A stretch of DNA of 64,000 nt from an uncultured Acidobacteriota bacterium (GCA_963805975.1 CAWDVR010000001.1:160001-224000), one strand, 5' to 3'. Positions 11,912 through 23,605 are shown, numbered from the stretch's first letter. Translations and numbers: made by a program. Notes: generated from the sequence alone by a model not told the origin.

Positions 11912-14297
11912 GGGCCACCCCGGCCGTTCCCATCGTCCCCAGCGCCGTCAGCCCCCAGCCGAGCATCCAGGCCGCGGGCCTGTACTCCAGCCGCACCGTG
12001 TGCTCACCGGGCGGGCTCGAGAAACCGAGAAAGCCGCCGTTGACCCGTGCGGCCGGGATCTCCCGGCCGTCGAGCCGGGCCCGCCAGGCGCGGGCGAAGG
12101 CCACACTGGAGACGGCGATGCCACCGCTCGGGCTCGAGACCCGGAGCTCGAAGCCATTGGCCGTCAGGCGCTCGAGGGTGACCGTGCCGCTCTGCTCCGG
12201 AGGCGGAGCGGGCAAGTCGCGATTTCGTTCCCAGGTGCCCTCGGCGGCGAAGTCCTGGTTCCTCCAGAAGCTCTGCCGCGCGCCGGGGAGGGAGGTCGTC
12301 TCCCGCATGCGGGCCGGAAAGAAGAACAGCGGCAGCGCCGCGGGGTTCACCCAGGCCTGGGTGCCGCTGCCCCGCGCCAGGGGCTCCCAGGGCGGCGGCA
12401 GCTTCCGGAAGTTGGGGGTGAGCACGAACCCGATCCCGAGATAACGGTGGAGGGCGAGGTCGTAGCTCTTGCCTTGCAAGGTGGGCGCGGCCACGCCCGC
12501 CTTCGGATGGAGCCGCCGGTTCAAGAGCAGTGCGGCTTCGGCGGGGCGCATGGGGTCGTTGCCGCGTGCGTCCCACAGGCCGGTGTAGGCCGCCAGGTTG
12601 GGCAGGAGCTCCCAGCCCTCGGCGATCACCCGGCGCGCCTCTCCGCGCTCCGCCGCCGCTGCCGCACGCCCGAGGACGACCGGCAGCGGCGGCGGGGAGC
12701 CCAGGGCCGGGTGCGCCGGAAGTGTCGGGTTGTAGCGGGCCCCGAGGGTGAAGAGGTCGACCACCAGCGCCACGACGGCGACCTGGGGCCAGAAGCGCCG
12801 GGCCCGGAGGACGAGCAGCGTCGCGAGCCCGGCCCCGAGGCCGGCCAGGGCGAGGAGCCACCAGAGCCTCTGGAAATCGAAGCCCGCGCCGCGCGGCGCG
12901 GGCGGCACCGTGAGCGCGACCACGAGGCCGGCCAGCACCAGCGCCACGCCTGCGGCGATCCGCCCTTTGCGCTCGCCGGCGAGCCGGTCGAGGTGGAGAC
13001 CGGCCACCACTGCCAGGGCGAGCACCCACAAGAGCCGCAGGCGGCCGTGAGCGCCGTCGCCGATCAGCGGCAGGGCGCGCAGCAAGTCGAAGACGGGAGG
13101 CAGGCCGAGGCCGCCGGCGAGGGCCACCGCTCCGCCCGCCACCAGCAGCAGAGCCCGGCCGCGGAACGCCGCCGCCGCGGCCAGACCCAGCGCCAGGGCG
13201 AGCAGCCCACCGTAGGCCGAGGCATGCTCCTGGAAGTTCGTCGGGCCGGCGTAGTTGCCTTCCCGCGCGCTGCCGAAGGCGAGCGGGTTGGCCAGGGTCA
13301 GCAGGTGGCGAGCGGCGAAAGCCGGCGGGGCCACGCCGTCCGGGTGCCCGGCGAGGAGCATCGAGCGCTCACTCTCCGGCAACGCTTCGAGGACGGGCAG
13401 CAGGGCTGGAGCCGCGAGACAAAAGGCGAGGAACGCGGCCAAGAGCGCCTGCGTCACGAAGCGCCGGCGGTGCTGGCTCTCCGCCAGGCTCCAGGCGAGC
13501 GCCGGCACCACGCAGCCCGCCAGGAGCGCCCCGTGGGCCAGGGTCTCCGGGTGGCCGGAGAGGGCCATCGCCGTCGTACAGCAGACCAGGCCGATCACCG
13601 CACGCCTGGCCGGCCGGGAGCCGTCGCCCTCCTCCCGCAGCTCGTTGCGCAGCAGTACCAGGGCTGCCAGCACGCCGGGGAGCCACGCGGCCGTCATCCC
13701 CAGCGGGTAGTACAGCCAGGACACGGCGAAGGTGGAGAAGGCGTAGGCGATCGCGGCGATCGCCGCGCCCCAGGGCTCTCCACCCAGGGCGCACACCAGG
13801 AGGTGCATCAGCAGGAGCGCCGTCAGCACCTGCCAGGCGGCGGCCACGGTCATGGCGCGGAGCGGCGGCAGCGGCAGGGTGAGGAGATGGAACGGCGCGA
13901 GCGGCGCCGACTGCGCGTTGCCGAGGAGCGGCTGCCCGGTGCCGAGCTCGTGCGCCCAGAGCGGCGCTTCGCCCGCCAGCCAGCGCTCCCGCACCAGCGT
14001 GCGGAAAGGCAGCATCTGGAGCACCACGTCCGACAGCAGCGGGTTCTCCGGGCGCACCCGCCGGCCCTCGAGCTCCGCGCTCTTCGACCACGGCAGGAAC
14101 TGGAAGGCAATGTCCGTCGGCACCTGGTGCGCCGTGGTGGCGAGAGGGGCGGCAAAGAACGCGCAGGTCAGACCGAGATACCCGGCCGCAACCCTCCAGG
14201 ACAAGAGATCGCGACCGAGAGCGCGGGCCGCGACGACCAGCAGCGCCGCGCCGGCGAAGAACACCAACAGATCGGCGGCGACGGAGAGGTCGAACAA
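11856..14297 (-). CDS. YfhO-family multi-pass membrane protein (GT-C-like)
   Basis: PLWAHELGTGQPLLGN, SGHPET and a C-terminal soluble domain AWRARLDG...GFLG...PPGEHTVRLEYRP followed by a TM helix. Confidence 0.8.
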   Translation of the reverse strand: MFDLSVAADLLVFFAGAALLVVAARALGRDLLSWRVAAGYLGLTCAFFAAPLATTAHQVPTDIAFQFLPWSKSAELEGRRVRPENPLLSDVVLQMLPFRTLVRERWLAGEAPLWAHELGTGQPLLGNAQSAPLAPFHLLTLPLPPLRAMTVAAAWQVLTALLLMHLLVCALGGEPWGAAIAAIAYAFSTFAVSWLYYPLGMTAAWLPGVLAALVLLRNELREEGDGSRPARRAVIGLVCCTTAMALSGHPETLAHGALLAGCVVPALAWSLAESQHRRRFVTQALLAAFLAFCLAAPALLPVLEALPESERSMLLAGHPDGVAPPAFAARHLLTLANPLAFGSAREGNYAGPTNFQEHASAYGGLLALALGLAAAAAFRGRALLLVAGGAVALAGGLGLPPVFDLLRALPLIGDGAHGRLRLLWVLALAVVAGLHLDRLAGERKGRIAAGVALVLAGLVVALTVPPAPRGAGFDFQRLWWLLALAGLGAGLATLLVLRARRFWPQVAVVALVVDLFTLGARYNPTLPAHPALGSPPPLPVVLGRAAAAAERGEARRVIAEGWELLPNLAAYTGLWDARGNDPMRPAEAALLLNRRLHPKAGVAAPTLQGKSYDLALHRYLGIGFVLTPNFRKLPPPWEPLARGSGTQAWVNPAALPLFFFPARMRETTSLPGARQSFWRNQDFAAEGTWERNRDLPAPPPEQSGTVTLERLTANGFELRVSSPSGGIAVSSVAFARAWRARLDGREIPAARVNGGFLGFSSPPGEHTVRLEYRPAAWMLGWGLTALGTMGTAGVALISRSRPARRGRTRAAPR

Positions 14298-14335
14298 GTA
14301 GAGGCTCGTGCTGGCAGCCCGGCAAGTGACGCCTG

Positions 14336-14500
14336 CTAGCTGCGCCTCGCGATGGGCAGTCGCCAGTTCTCGAGGCGAAGGCCGTCGACCTGCTCGAACT
14401 CCCGAGTGTTGTCAGTAACCAACACCATGCCGAGGCAGAGAGCGTGGGCAGCGATGAGCAGGTCGTTGGGACCGATCACCTTAACGCCCCTGCTCCGCAG
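14336..14500 (-). pseudogene. vapC: C-terminal fragment of a VapC PIN-domain toxin
   Basis: GVKVIGPNDLLIAAHALCLGMVLVTDNTREFEQVDGLRLENW is the PIN C-terminus; the N-terminal LDTN region is absent. Confidence 0.75.
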
Positions 14501-14693
14501 GGTAGGGGAAGTTCGGGGCCGCGCCGGCCAAGCCCAAGAAATCCTCACTCCAGGTTCTGTGCACCGGCTCGACGATGACCCGCCGGCCCTGGCGGGAAAT
14601 GCGAACCTCGATCTGCCCCTCGAACCGGAATGCCTCGGGCAATCGGAGCGCTTGGCTGCCGCCGCTCTGGAAGAGTTTGGCTCGCTGACTCAT
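14481..14693 (-). CDS. vapB: AbrB/VagC-type VapB antitoxin
   Basis: MSQRAKLFQSGGSQALRLPEAFRFEG..EVRISRQGRRVIVEP is the AbrB/MazE fold signature. Confidence 0.85.
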   Translation of the reverse strand: MSQRAKLFQSGGSQALRLPEAFRFEGQIEVRISRQGRRVIVEPVHRTWSEDFLGLAGAAPNFPYPAEQGR

Positions 14694-14832
14694 GCGCGCG
14701 ATCTCCGGGGCGCCAGGAGTGTATGTTTTCTGCAGCGATCCTGCCGTGACCCGGGCGACGATCGTAACCTATTCTGGCTCTGACGTTTGCAAGATCCATC
14801 TCGCCGTGCCGGCAGGTCCGTTCCCACCACCC

Positions 14833-14858
14833 AGATCCTTCGCTTCGCTCAGGATGAC
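14833..14858 (-). repeat. REP-like interspersed repeat (GTCATCCTGAGCGAAGCGAAGGATCT)
   Basis: Matches a widespread palindromic intergenic repeat family that translates as VILSEAKDL / CHPERSEGS; a partial second copy (CAGGATGAC) lies near 14876-14884. Confidence 0.7.
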
Positions 14859-15095
14859 ATGGGGGGCGGAAGCGCCAGGATGACGCCAGGAGGATATCGA
14901 GCTTGGTGACCAGGTCCAGGTCTCCCGGCGAGAAGAAGTAGAAAGCCCCGGAGTGCGAGGTGAGAGGAGTCGTAAGCCCAAGGCCGCGCGATAGCGCTCT
15001 CTTCCCCAGACGACAGAGTGCTCGGCCACCGCATATCTGCATGATTGCAGTGGTCCTATATCGCGACTCACTTGTTCCAGGAAAGGCGTTGAGGT

Positions 15096-15836
15096 TTAGC
15101 CTCGGATCGCGTGCAGCATCTCCTCGACCGCGCCGGCCATGCCCAGCGCCACCGATCGCGAGATCAGCCAGTGGCCGATGTTGAGCTCCTCGACCTCGGG
15201 CAGGGCGGCGATGGGGCCTACGTTGCCGGCCGTGAGCCCGTGGCCGGCGAAGATCGCGAGACCGAGCTCACCGCCGCGCCGCGCCGCAGCCTCGACCTTG
15301 GCGAGCTCGACGGCGCGGGCGGCGCCGGTGGCGCGGGTGTAGGCGTCGGTGTTGATCTCGAAGCCGTGCACCGGGGCTTCGAGGCCCGCGAGGCGCTCGA
15401 TCTGGGCGAGATCGGGGTCGAGGAACAGCGAGACGTCGATGCCGGCGTCCGCCAGGCGATGGGCCGCGGCCGTGACCTCGGCCGCGCGGGCGGCGAGATC
15501 GAGCCCGCCCTCGGTGGTCACTTCCTCGGGCCGCTCGGGGACCAGCGAGACTTGATGAGGGTGCACGGCCAGGGCGAAGGCGACCATCTCTTCCGTCGCC
15601 GCCAGCTCGAGGTTGAGGCGGCCGCCGAGGGCGGAGCGCAGGCGTCGCACGTCGTCGTCCTGGATATGGCGCCGGTCGGCCCGCAGATGAACGGTGATGC
15701 CGCTCGCCCCGGCCCGCTCGGCCGAGAGCGCGGCCTCCACCGGGTCGGGATAGGAGGCGCGGCGCGCCTGGCGCAGCGTCGCCACGTGATCGACGTTGAC
15801 CTGCAACCGAACGGTCTTGGTATCCGCGAGGGTCAT
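15096..15836 (-). CDS. pdxJ: Pyridoxine 5'-phosphate synthase
   Basis: VNVDHVATLRQAR, GITVHLRADRRHIQ, VTTEGGLD, AGHGL, ELNIGH. Confidence 0.96.
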   Translation of the reverse strand: MTLADTKTVRLQVNVDHVATLRQARRASYPDPVEAALSAERAGASGITVHLRADRRHIQDDDVRRLRSALGGRLNLELAATEEMVAFALAVHPHQVSLVPERPEEVTTEGGLDLAARAAEVTAAAHRLADAGIDVSLFLDPDLAQIERLAGLEAPVHGFEINTDAYTRATGAARAVELAKVEAAARRGGELGLAIFAGHGLTAGNVGPIAALPEVEELNIGHWLISRSVALGMAGAVEEMLHAIRG

Positions 15837-17173
15837 GCCAGCGCTCCTTCGATCTCGCGCGCGATGTCGTCGGCCAGGGCCTCGATCGTCGCTTGCTCCG
15901 GGCCTTCGATCATGATGCGGGCCAGCGGCTCGGTGCCGCTGAAGCGCAGCACCAACCGGCCCTCACTGCCCAGGGCACGTTCCACGCGCTCGACGGCGGC
16001 GGCGACCCCGGGCAGATCCTCGAGGCGCTCCTTGCGGCGCACGCGGACGTTCTTGAGCACCTGCGGAAAGCGCTCGAAGGGCGCCAGCAGCACGGACAGG
16101 GGCGCTCTCTCGCGGGCTACCAGCCGAGCCATGTGGAGCGCCGTCAGCAGGCCGTCGCCGGTGGTCGACAGCCGCAGGTTGACGATGTGGCCGGACTGCT
16201 CGCCGCCCAGCACCAGGCCCTCGCGCTTGAGCGTCGCCACCACCTCGCGGTCGCCGACCCCGCAGCGCTCGACGCGGACACCCAGGCGGGCGAGCGCGCG
16301 CTCGAGGCCGAGGTTGGACATGCTGGTGGCCACCACGCGCCCGCCGTCGAGCGTGCCGGCGGCCTTCATGGCCCGCGCCCAGAGGTAGAGGATGGCGTCG
16401 CCGTCCCGCACTTCGCCGCGCTCGTCGACCAGGAGGGCGCGATCGGCGTCGCCGTCGAAGGCGATGCCGAGGTCGAAGCCCCCGCGGGTCAGCCGGGCCA
16501 GCGCCTCGGGGTGGGTCGAGCCGCAGCCGCGGTTGATGTTGGTGCCGTCCGGCTGGTCGCCGATCACCGCGACCTCGGCGCCGGCGCGGGTGAAGAGCTC
16601 GGCCGCGAACGGCGCCGCCGCGCCGTGGGCGGCATCGAGCGCCACCTTGAGGCCGGCGAGCGGCAGCTCCCCGGCAAGCGTGGCGAGCAGGCCCTCGACG
16701 TACATCTCGGCGAGCGGCACCTGGGGAATCGGCAGCTCCCTCTCCCGCTCGGGCGCGACGCCGGCCGCGAGCATCCGCTCCTCGAGCGCCGCCTCGCGCT
16801 CCGGGCTCCACTTGAAGCCTTCGGCGTCGATCAGCTTGATGCCGTTGTCGGGATAGGGATTGTGGCTCGCCGAGACGGCGATGCCGGTGGCGGTGCCCAG
16901 GGCCATGGTCAGCCAGGCGATGGCCGGCGTGGGCAGCATCCCGCCGTAGAGGACGCCGGCGCCGCCCGCCGCCAGCCCGTCGGCCAGCCAGGCGCAGAGC
17001 GTGGGCGTCGAGTCGCGGGTGTCGCCGCCCAGGAGCACCCGCCGGCCGCCACCCCTGGCCCGGAGCTCGGCACCCAGGGCGGCACCCAGGGCGGTGACCG
17101 TGCCGCGGTCGAGCGGCGGCTCGCCGAACACCCCGCGCATGCCGTCGGTGCCGAAGAGCCGTGGCGCCGTCAC
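15833..17173 (-). CDS. glmM: Phosphoglucosamine mutase
   Basis: LFGTDGMRG, SASHNPYPDNGIK, FDGDADR, GGEQSGH, RFSGTEPLARIMIEG; GTG start overlaps the cdaR stop. Confidence 0.95.
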   Translation of the reverse strand: MTAPRLFGTDGMRGVFGEPPLDRGTVTALGAALGAELRARGGGRRVLLGGDTRDSTPTLCAWLADGLAAGGAGVLYGGMLPTPAIAWLTMALGTATGIAVSASHNPYPDNGIKLIDAEGFKWSPEREAALEERMLAAGVAPERERELPIPQVPLAEMYVEGLLATLAGELPLAGLKVALDAAHGAAAPFAAELFTRAGAEVAVIGDQPDGTNINRGCGSTHPEALARLTRGGFDLGIAFDGDADRALLVDERGEVRDGDAILYLWARAMKAAGTLDGGRVVATSMSNLGLERALARLGVRVERCGVGDREVVATLKREGLVLGGEQSGHIVNLRLSTTGDGLLTALHMARLVARERAPLSVLLAPFERFPQVLKNVRVRRKERLEDLPGVAAAVERVERALGSEGRLVLRFSGTEPLARIMIEGPEQATIEALADDIAREIEGALA

Positions 17174-17847
17174 CCGTCCCCCCCGCGATTGGCCCCCGAG
17201 GCCGGCTGCTCGAGCACCACCTGCACGGTGACGCTGGCCGGCTCGACGACGCGGATCAGGGGGTCCGAGGTCACCAGCGGCACCTCGCGCTCGAAGGTGA
17301 AGGCGTGGCCGTCGAGGCTCACCTTGGCGGTCTCGACGCGCCGTACCGAGCGCAGGAGGGTGCTGGGGCCGGCGAGCGTGGCCCGCGGCGGGTCGGCGGT
17401 CTTGCGCACCACCAGGGCGCCGGCCGCCGGCTCGCCGGCGAGCTCGATCGCGACCGGCACCTGTTTCTCCTGTTCGGTGTCGAGGATCAAAGGCAGCACC
17501 TCGGGCTCGATCGAAACCACCGACAGGTTGTCCGAGGGCAGCACGACGTTGTCCGCGGTCAGGGTCACCCGCACCTCGCCGCTGCGCCCGGCCGGCACGT
17601 CGACCAGCACGTCGACGTCGAAGGGCCGCAGGCGGCGGATCTCGCGGTTCCTGCCGCGCACCAGCACCCGCACCGCGGCCACGCGGTCGAGCACCACCAC
17701 CCGCTTCGGGGTGTTGTAGGTGACGCTGGTCTCCACCGTTTTCTCGGAGAGCAGCTCGCGCTTGTCGGCGACGATGACGTACCACAGCGCCACGGCGATG
17801 AAGAGCGCCGTCACGCGGTAGAGCCAGCGGCTCGACGGGAACTTCAC
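17170..17847 (-). CDS. cdaR: CdaR/YbbR-domain protein
   Basis: N-terminal TM (ALFIAVALWYVI) plus YbbR-like beta-rich domains; lies between cdaA and glmM. Confidence 0.85.
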   Translation of the reverse strand: MKFPSSRWLYRVTALFIAVALWYVIVADKRELLSEKTVETSVTYNTPKRVVVLDRVAAVRVLVRGRNREIRRLRPFDVDVLVDVPAGRSGEVRVTLTADNVVLPSDNLSVVSIEPEVLPLILDTEQEKQVPVAIELAGEPAAGALVVRKTADPPRATLAGPSTLLRSVRRVETAKVSLDGHAFTFEREVPLVTSDPLIRVVEPASVTVQVVLEQPASGANRGGDG

Positions 17848-17857
17848 GCCGCCCTCG

Positions 17858-18649
17858 TCATGCGCTTCTGGGCGGCGCGTGGAGGTCGGCCACCAGCAGC
17901 TTGTGGAGCTGGTTGAGGAGCGCCTTGGCGTCGAGGTCGCGGACCAGCTTGCCGTCGTGGGCGAGCGAGATGATGCCGGTCTCCTCGGAGACCACGATCG
18001 CCACCGCGTCGCTCTCCTCGCTGATCCCCAGCGCGGCGCGGTGGCGGGTGCCGAAGTCCTTCGACAGCTCGGGGTTCAAGGTCAGCGGCAGGAAGCAGGC
18101 GGCGGCGGCGATGCGGTCGCCCTGGACGATCACCGCGCCGTCGTGGAGCGGCGCGTCCGGGCTGAAGAGGTTGATCAGCAGGTCGTAGGACAGCTTGGCG
18201 TCGAGCTCGATGCCGTTCTCGATCGTGCCGCGCAGGCCGTCCAGCCGTTCGATGACGATCAACGCTCCCACCCGGCGCGAAGCGAGCGCGGTGGCCGCGA
18301 CCGCGAACTCGTTGAGCGTCGAGGCGGTCTGCTTGAGCGGTGCCAGGCCCCAGAAGGTGCGGCGGCCGAAGTCCGCCAGCGCGCGGCGCATCTCCTGCTG
18401 GAAGAGCACGATGGCGGCGAAGGGCAGGAGCAGCAGCAGGTTGTAGAGAATGGTCTGCAGGGCCTCGAGCCGCGCCAGCCGCGCCCCGTAGTACACCAGA
18501 CCGACGAGCAGCAAGCCGGTGACGATCTGCGCCGCCCGGGTGCCGCGGATCAACTGCAGCAGATAGAAGACGATCACCGCCACCGCCAGCACGTCGAGCA
18601 CGTCGCGCCAGGTGACGAGCTGGGAGAGCTGTTCGAAAGTGAGGCTCAC
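17858..18649 (-). CDS. cdaA: Diadenylate cyclase CdaA
   Basis: Three N-terminal TMs, FQQEMRRAL, PLHDGAVI (DGA) and FGTRHRAALG (RHR) motifs. Confidence 0.95.
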   Translation of the reverse strand: MSLTFEQLSQLVTWRDVLDVLAVAVIVFYLLQLIRGTRAAQIVTGLLLVGLVYYGARLARLEALQTILYNLLLLLPFAAIVLFQQEMRRALADFGRRTFWGLAPLKQTASTLNEFAVAATALASRRVGALIVIERLDGLRGTIENGIELDAKLSYDLLINLFSPDAPLHDGAVIVQGDRIAAAACFLPLTLNPELSKDFGTRHRAALGISEESDAVAIVVSEETGIISLAHDGKLVRDLDAKALLNQLHKLLVADLHAPPRSA

Positions 18650-19575
18650 GCGGCCTCCATCACCGGGGCAGGCGGGGACGCGGCCCGAGCCACGGCCCGC
18701 CAGACGGCGAGGAAGCGCACGGTGTCCGCCACGTCGTGGACGCGCACCATCGCCGCGCCGTGGTGCGCGGCCCAGGCCACCGCGGCGAGGCTCCCCGCCA
18801 GGCGGTCGCCGGGCGGCGCGCCGCCGGTCAGGTGGCCGATGAAGCTCTTGCGGCTGGCGCCCACCAGCACCGGCAGGCCGGGCGGCGCCAGCGTGTCGAG
18901 GTGGGCGAGGAGCGCCAGGTTGTGGGTGTAGGTCTTGCCGAAGCCGATGCCGGGGTCGACCACCAGTTGCGCGCGGGCCACCCCCAGCGAGACCGCGCGC
19001 TCGACCGCCTGCTCGAGCGCGGACCGCACCTCGCCCAGGAGGTCCTCGTAGTGGATCTCCTTCTGCATGCTGGAGAGATCGCCGCGGCTGTGCATCAGGA
19101 CGAGCGGGCAGCCGGCCTCGGCGACGGCGCGCCCCACCTCGGGGTCGGCGAGCGCGGCGACGTCGTTCACCAGGTCGGCGCCGGCCGCCAGGGCCTCCCG
19201 CGCCACGCGGCCCTTGCGAGTGTCGACGGAAAGCGGGGCGCCGGTCGCGGTGCGCAGCCGCCGCAGCACCGGCAGCAGGCGCGCCAGCTCTTCCTCTGCC
19301 GGCACCTCCCGCGCCCCGGCGCCGTAGACGCCGCCGCCCGGGCGCGTGGACTCGGCGCCCAGGTCGAGCAGGTCCGCGCCCTCTTCGAGCATCGCCAGGC
19401 CGCGCTCCACGGCCCGGCCCGGATCGAGCCATGCGCCGCCGTCGGAGAAGGAGTCGGGGGTGAGGTTCAGGACGCCCATCACCCGCGGGCCCTCCGCCAG
19501 CTCGAGCCGGCGGTCGCCGGGAAGTGCGAGGTGGCGGGGCGGGGCGGGGGAGCCGGCAGAGGTCGAAAGACTCAT
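18646..19575 (-). CDS. folP: Dihydropteroate synthase
   Basis: MGVLNLTPDSFSDGG, GAESTRPG, DPGIGFGK, GASRKSFI, RVHDV. Confidence 0.96.
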   Translation of the reverse strand: MSLSTSAGSPAPPRHLALPGDRRLELAEGPRVMGVLNLTPDSFSDGGAWLDPGRAVERGLAMLEEGADLLDLGAESTRPGGGVYGAGAREVPAEEELARLLPVLRRLRTATGAPLSVDTRKGRVAREALAAGADLVNDVAALADPEVGRAVAEAGCPLVLMHSRGDLSSMQKEIHYEDLLGEVRSALEQAVERAVSLGVARAQLVVDPGIGFGKTYTHNLALLAHLDTLAPPGLPVLVGASRKSFIGHLTGGAPPGDRLAGSLAAVAWAAHHGAAMVRVHDVADTVRFLAVWRAVARAASPPAPVMEAA

Positions 19576-19587
19576 CCGCCAGTAAGC

Positions 19588-21513
<1,926 letters not shown>

Positions 21514-21596
21514 CGGTGTTCTTCCTCTCTGCCCAGTCGCGATCTAAGCTCGAGTCGCGGTCTAACGGACCAACAAAAAACGCCGGCTCACGATTC

Positions 21597-23054
21597 CTAT
21601 ACGGACCGCACTGCCGCCTGTTCCCAGGGCGGCTCCCAGGGGCCTGCGGCGGGCGGGCCGATGCTCACCAGCTCGGCGATCCAGACCGCCTCGGCGCCCT
21701 GCACCCGGCAGGGCTCGGAGACCGCGACTCCAGGCACCCAGGCGATCGAGCCGCCGACGCACAGGAGGGGCAGCGAATCTCGATCGCGGCGCGGGACCCC
21801 GCGGTCGATCAGCAAGTCTTTCAAGCGCCGGCTGCCCCGGCAGCCGAGGGGGCGGATGCGATCGCCCTGTCGCCGGCTGCGGATCTCCACCACGTCCCCG
21901 GGCGCCACCTGGAGCTTCAAGCCGGCGCGGCCGGGCCAGCCATGGAGCATCCAGGCTTCGGCCGGACCCTGGTAGAGCCGCAACCGGGCCGCGATCTCCG
22001 GCAGGTCCAGCTCCCCCGGTACTTGCAGAGTATAGGAGAAAGCCGCCGGTGCCGGGCTCACGCGGAGGAGCACCAGCCGCCCGCGGCGGCTTTCCCAGCG
22101 GAAGCCGCCACCGCAGTCGCATCCCAGGCGTCCCTGGCCGCCGAGCTGCCGCGCGAGCTCGGCCTGCGCCGCCTGCGCCGCGGGCAGAGGCGCACCCGCC
22201 CGCTCGTGCAGCAGGGCGAGGGCATAGGGCCGGAGGGGTAGCGGCAGCCGCTCGAAAGCCGCCCGCTCGATAGAGACCCCGGCCGCGCTCTCGGCCGGCG
22301 CCAGCCGGGCAAGGAGGAGAGCGTCGATCCGGCCGTTCGCGCCGCGCGCCGCGCGAGCGACTGCGGCCAGCCGCGCGACGATCGATCGATCGTCCGTGGC
22401 GAGCCGCGGTAGGAGCGTTTTGCGGACCCGGTTGCGAGCGTGCGCCAGCGACTGGTTGGTGGGATCGTCGACCGGTTCGAGGCCGCTGCCGACGAGCGCC
22501 GCGGCGAGATCGGCGCGACCGAGCTCGAGCAGCGGGCGCAGCACCAGGCCGCGCACCGGCTGGATGCTTGCCAGGCCCCGGGGCCCGGAGCCGAAGGCCA
22601 GGCGCAGGAGGACGGTCTCGGCTTGGTCGTCCCGGTGGTGCGCGGTCAAGACGAATGCGGACCCACTGCGCCGGCGTGCTTCCTCCAGAAAGGCGTAGCG
22701 CACCCGGCGCGCGGCCTCCTCCAGGCCCTCGCCGGCCCGACGCAGCTCGGCCACGGAACGCCGTTCGAGGAGCAGGTCCACGCCGATCTCTCGCGCCAGC
22801 GTCGCGGCTCGTGCCGCACGGCCCGCGGAACCTGGGTCGAGGCCGTGATCGAGGTGCGCCGCCTCGACCCGCAGCCCGAGCCTGCCGGAGGCTTGTCGCA
22901 GGCCCCAGAGCAGTGCGGTCGAGTCCGGGCCTCCCGAGAACGCCACGAGCACACCCGTGCCGGGACCGGCGAGGCCGCCGAGAGAGCGATCGATGGCAGC
23001 GAGCAGCTCGAGCTGAGGAGGGCTGATGGTAGCGGTGACGGGACTTGAACCCAT
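21597..23054 (-). CDS. tilS: tRNA(Ile)-lysidine synthetase (start uncertain)
   Basis: VAFSGGPDS PP-loop, EEAARRVRY, TAHHRDDQAETVL, DPTN..RNRVR, C-terminal TilS-C domain; directly upstream of ftsH. Confidence 0.93.
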   Translation of the reverse strand: MGSSPVTATISPPQLELLAAIDRSLGGLAGPGTGVLVAFSGGPDSTALLWGLRQASGRLGLRVEAAHLDHGLDPGSAGRAARAATLAREIGVDLLLERRSVAELRRAGEGLEEAARRVRYAFLEEARRRSGSAFVLTAHHRDDQAETVLLRLAFGSGPRGLASIQPVRGLVLRPLLELGRADLAAALVGSGLEPVDDPTNQSLAHARNRVRKTLLPRLATDDRSIVARLAAVARAARGANGRIDALLLARLAPAESAAGVSIERAAFERLPLPLRPYALALLHERAGAPLPAAQAAQAELARQLGGQGRLGCDCGGGFRWESRRGRLVLLRVSPAPAAFSYTLQVPGELDLPEIAARLRLYQGPAEAWMLHGWPGRAGLKLQVAPGDVVEIRSRRQGDRIRPLGCRGSRRLKDLLIDRGVPRRDRDSLPLLCVGGSIAWVPGVAVSEPCRVQGAEAVWIAELVSIGPPAAGPWEPPWEQAAVRSV

Positions 23055-23103
23055 GACCTAGCGGTTATGAGCCGCTCGCTCTAACCAACTGAGCTACACC
23101 GCC
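23027..23103 (-). tRNA. tRNA with CAT anticodon (probably elongator Met; Ile2 not excluded)
   Basis: GGCGGTGTAGCTCAGTTGGTTAGAGCGAGCGGCTCATAACCGCTAGGTCATGGGTTCAAGTCCCGTCACCGCTACCA; cloverleaf with encoded CCA; G1-C72 paired, so not initiator. Confidence 0.93.
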
Positions 23104-23275
23104 GGAGAGACAGAGGGACCGGTGGCCCAATCTCGAGATTCGGCCGCCGAAGGCCGGGGATTATACCCTGCTCCGGCCGTGCCATGGGACGGCGGAAAGC
23201 GGGCCGCCGCCATCGACCGCTTCCCTGCCAGCGCAGGGAGCCCACGGCGGAGGCCGGCGCACGCGGAGACGCCGG

Positions 23276-23605
23276 CTAGCGCAGCGATTCCTGGCAGATA
23301 CGGAACTGGCCGAAGAAGTCGCGCATCGAGGTGGACAGGGCCTCGTCGTTCAGGCGATAGATGACGTTCTGGCCCTGGCGCTGGTCGATCACCAGGTCGG
23401 CTTCCTTGAGCACCGACAGGTGGCGAGAGATCGTCGGCTGGGAGAGATTGAAGTTCCCCACGATCTCGCCGACCGTGCGCTGGTGATTTTCCAGCAGCCG
23501 GAGGATCTCCTGGCGGGTGCCGTCGGACAGCGCCTTGAAGACCTTGGTCAGATGTCGCTCGTCGCGCGCGCCGTTGAGGTTGGACTGGGAGTCGAGCTCA
23601 GCCAT
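23276..23605 (-). CDS. ArsR/SmtB-family transcriptional regulator
   Basis: FKALSDGTRQEILRLL, LSQPTISRHLSVLKEADLV...RQGQNVIYRL. Confidence 0.93.
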   Translation of the reverse strand: MAELDSQSNLNGARDERHLTKVFKALSDGTRQEILRLLENHQRTVGEIVGNFNLSQPTISRHLSVLKEADLVIDQRQGQNVIYRLNDEALSTSMRDFFGQFRICQESLR

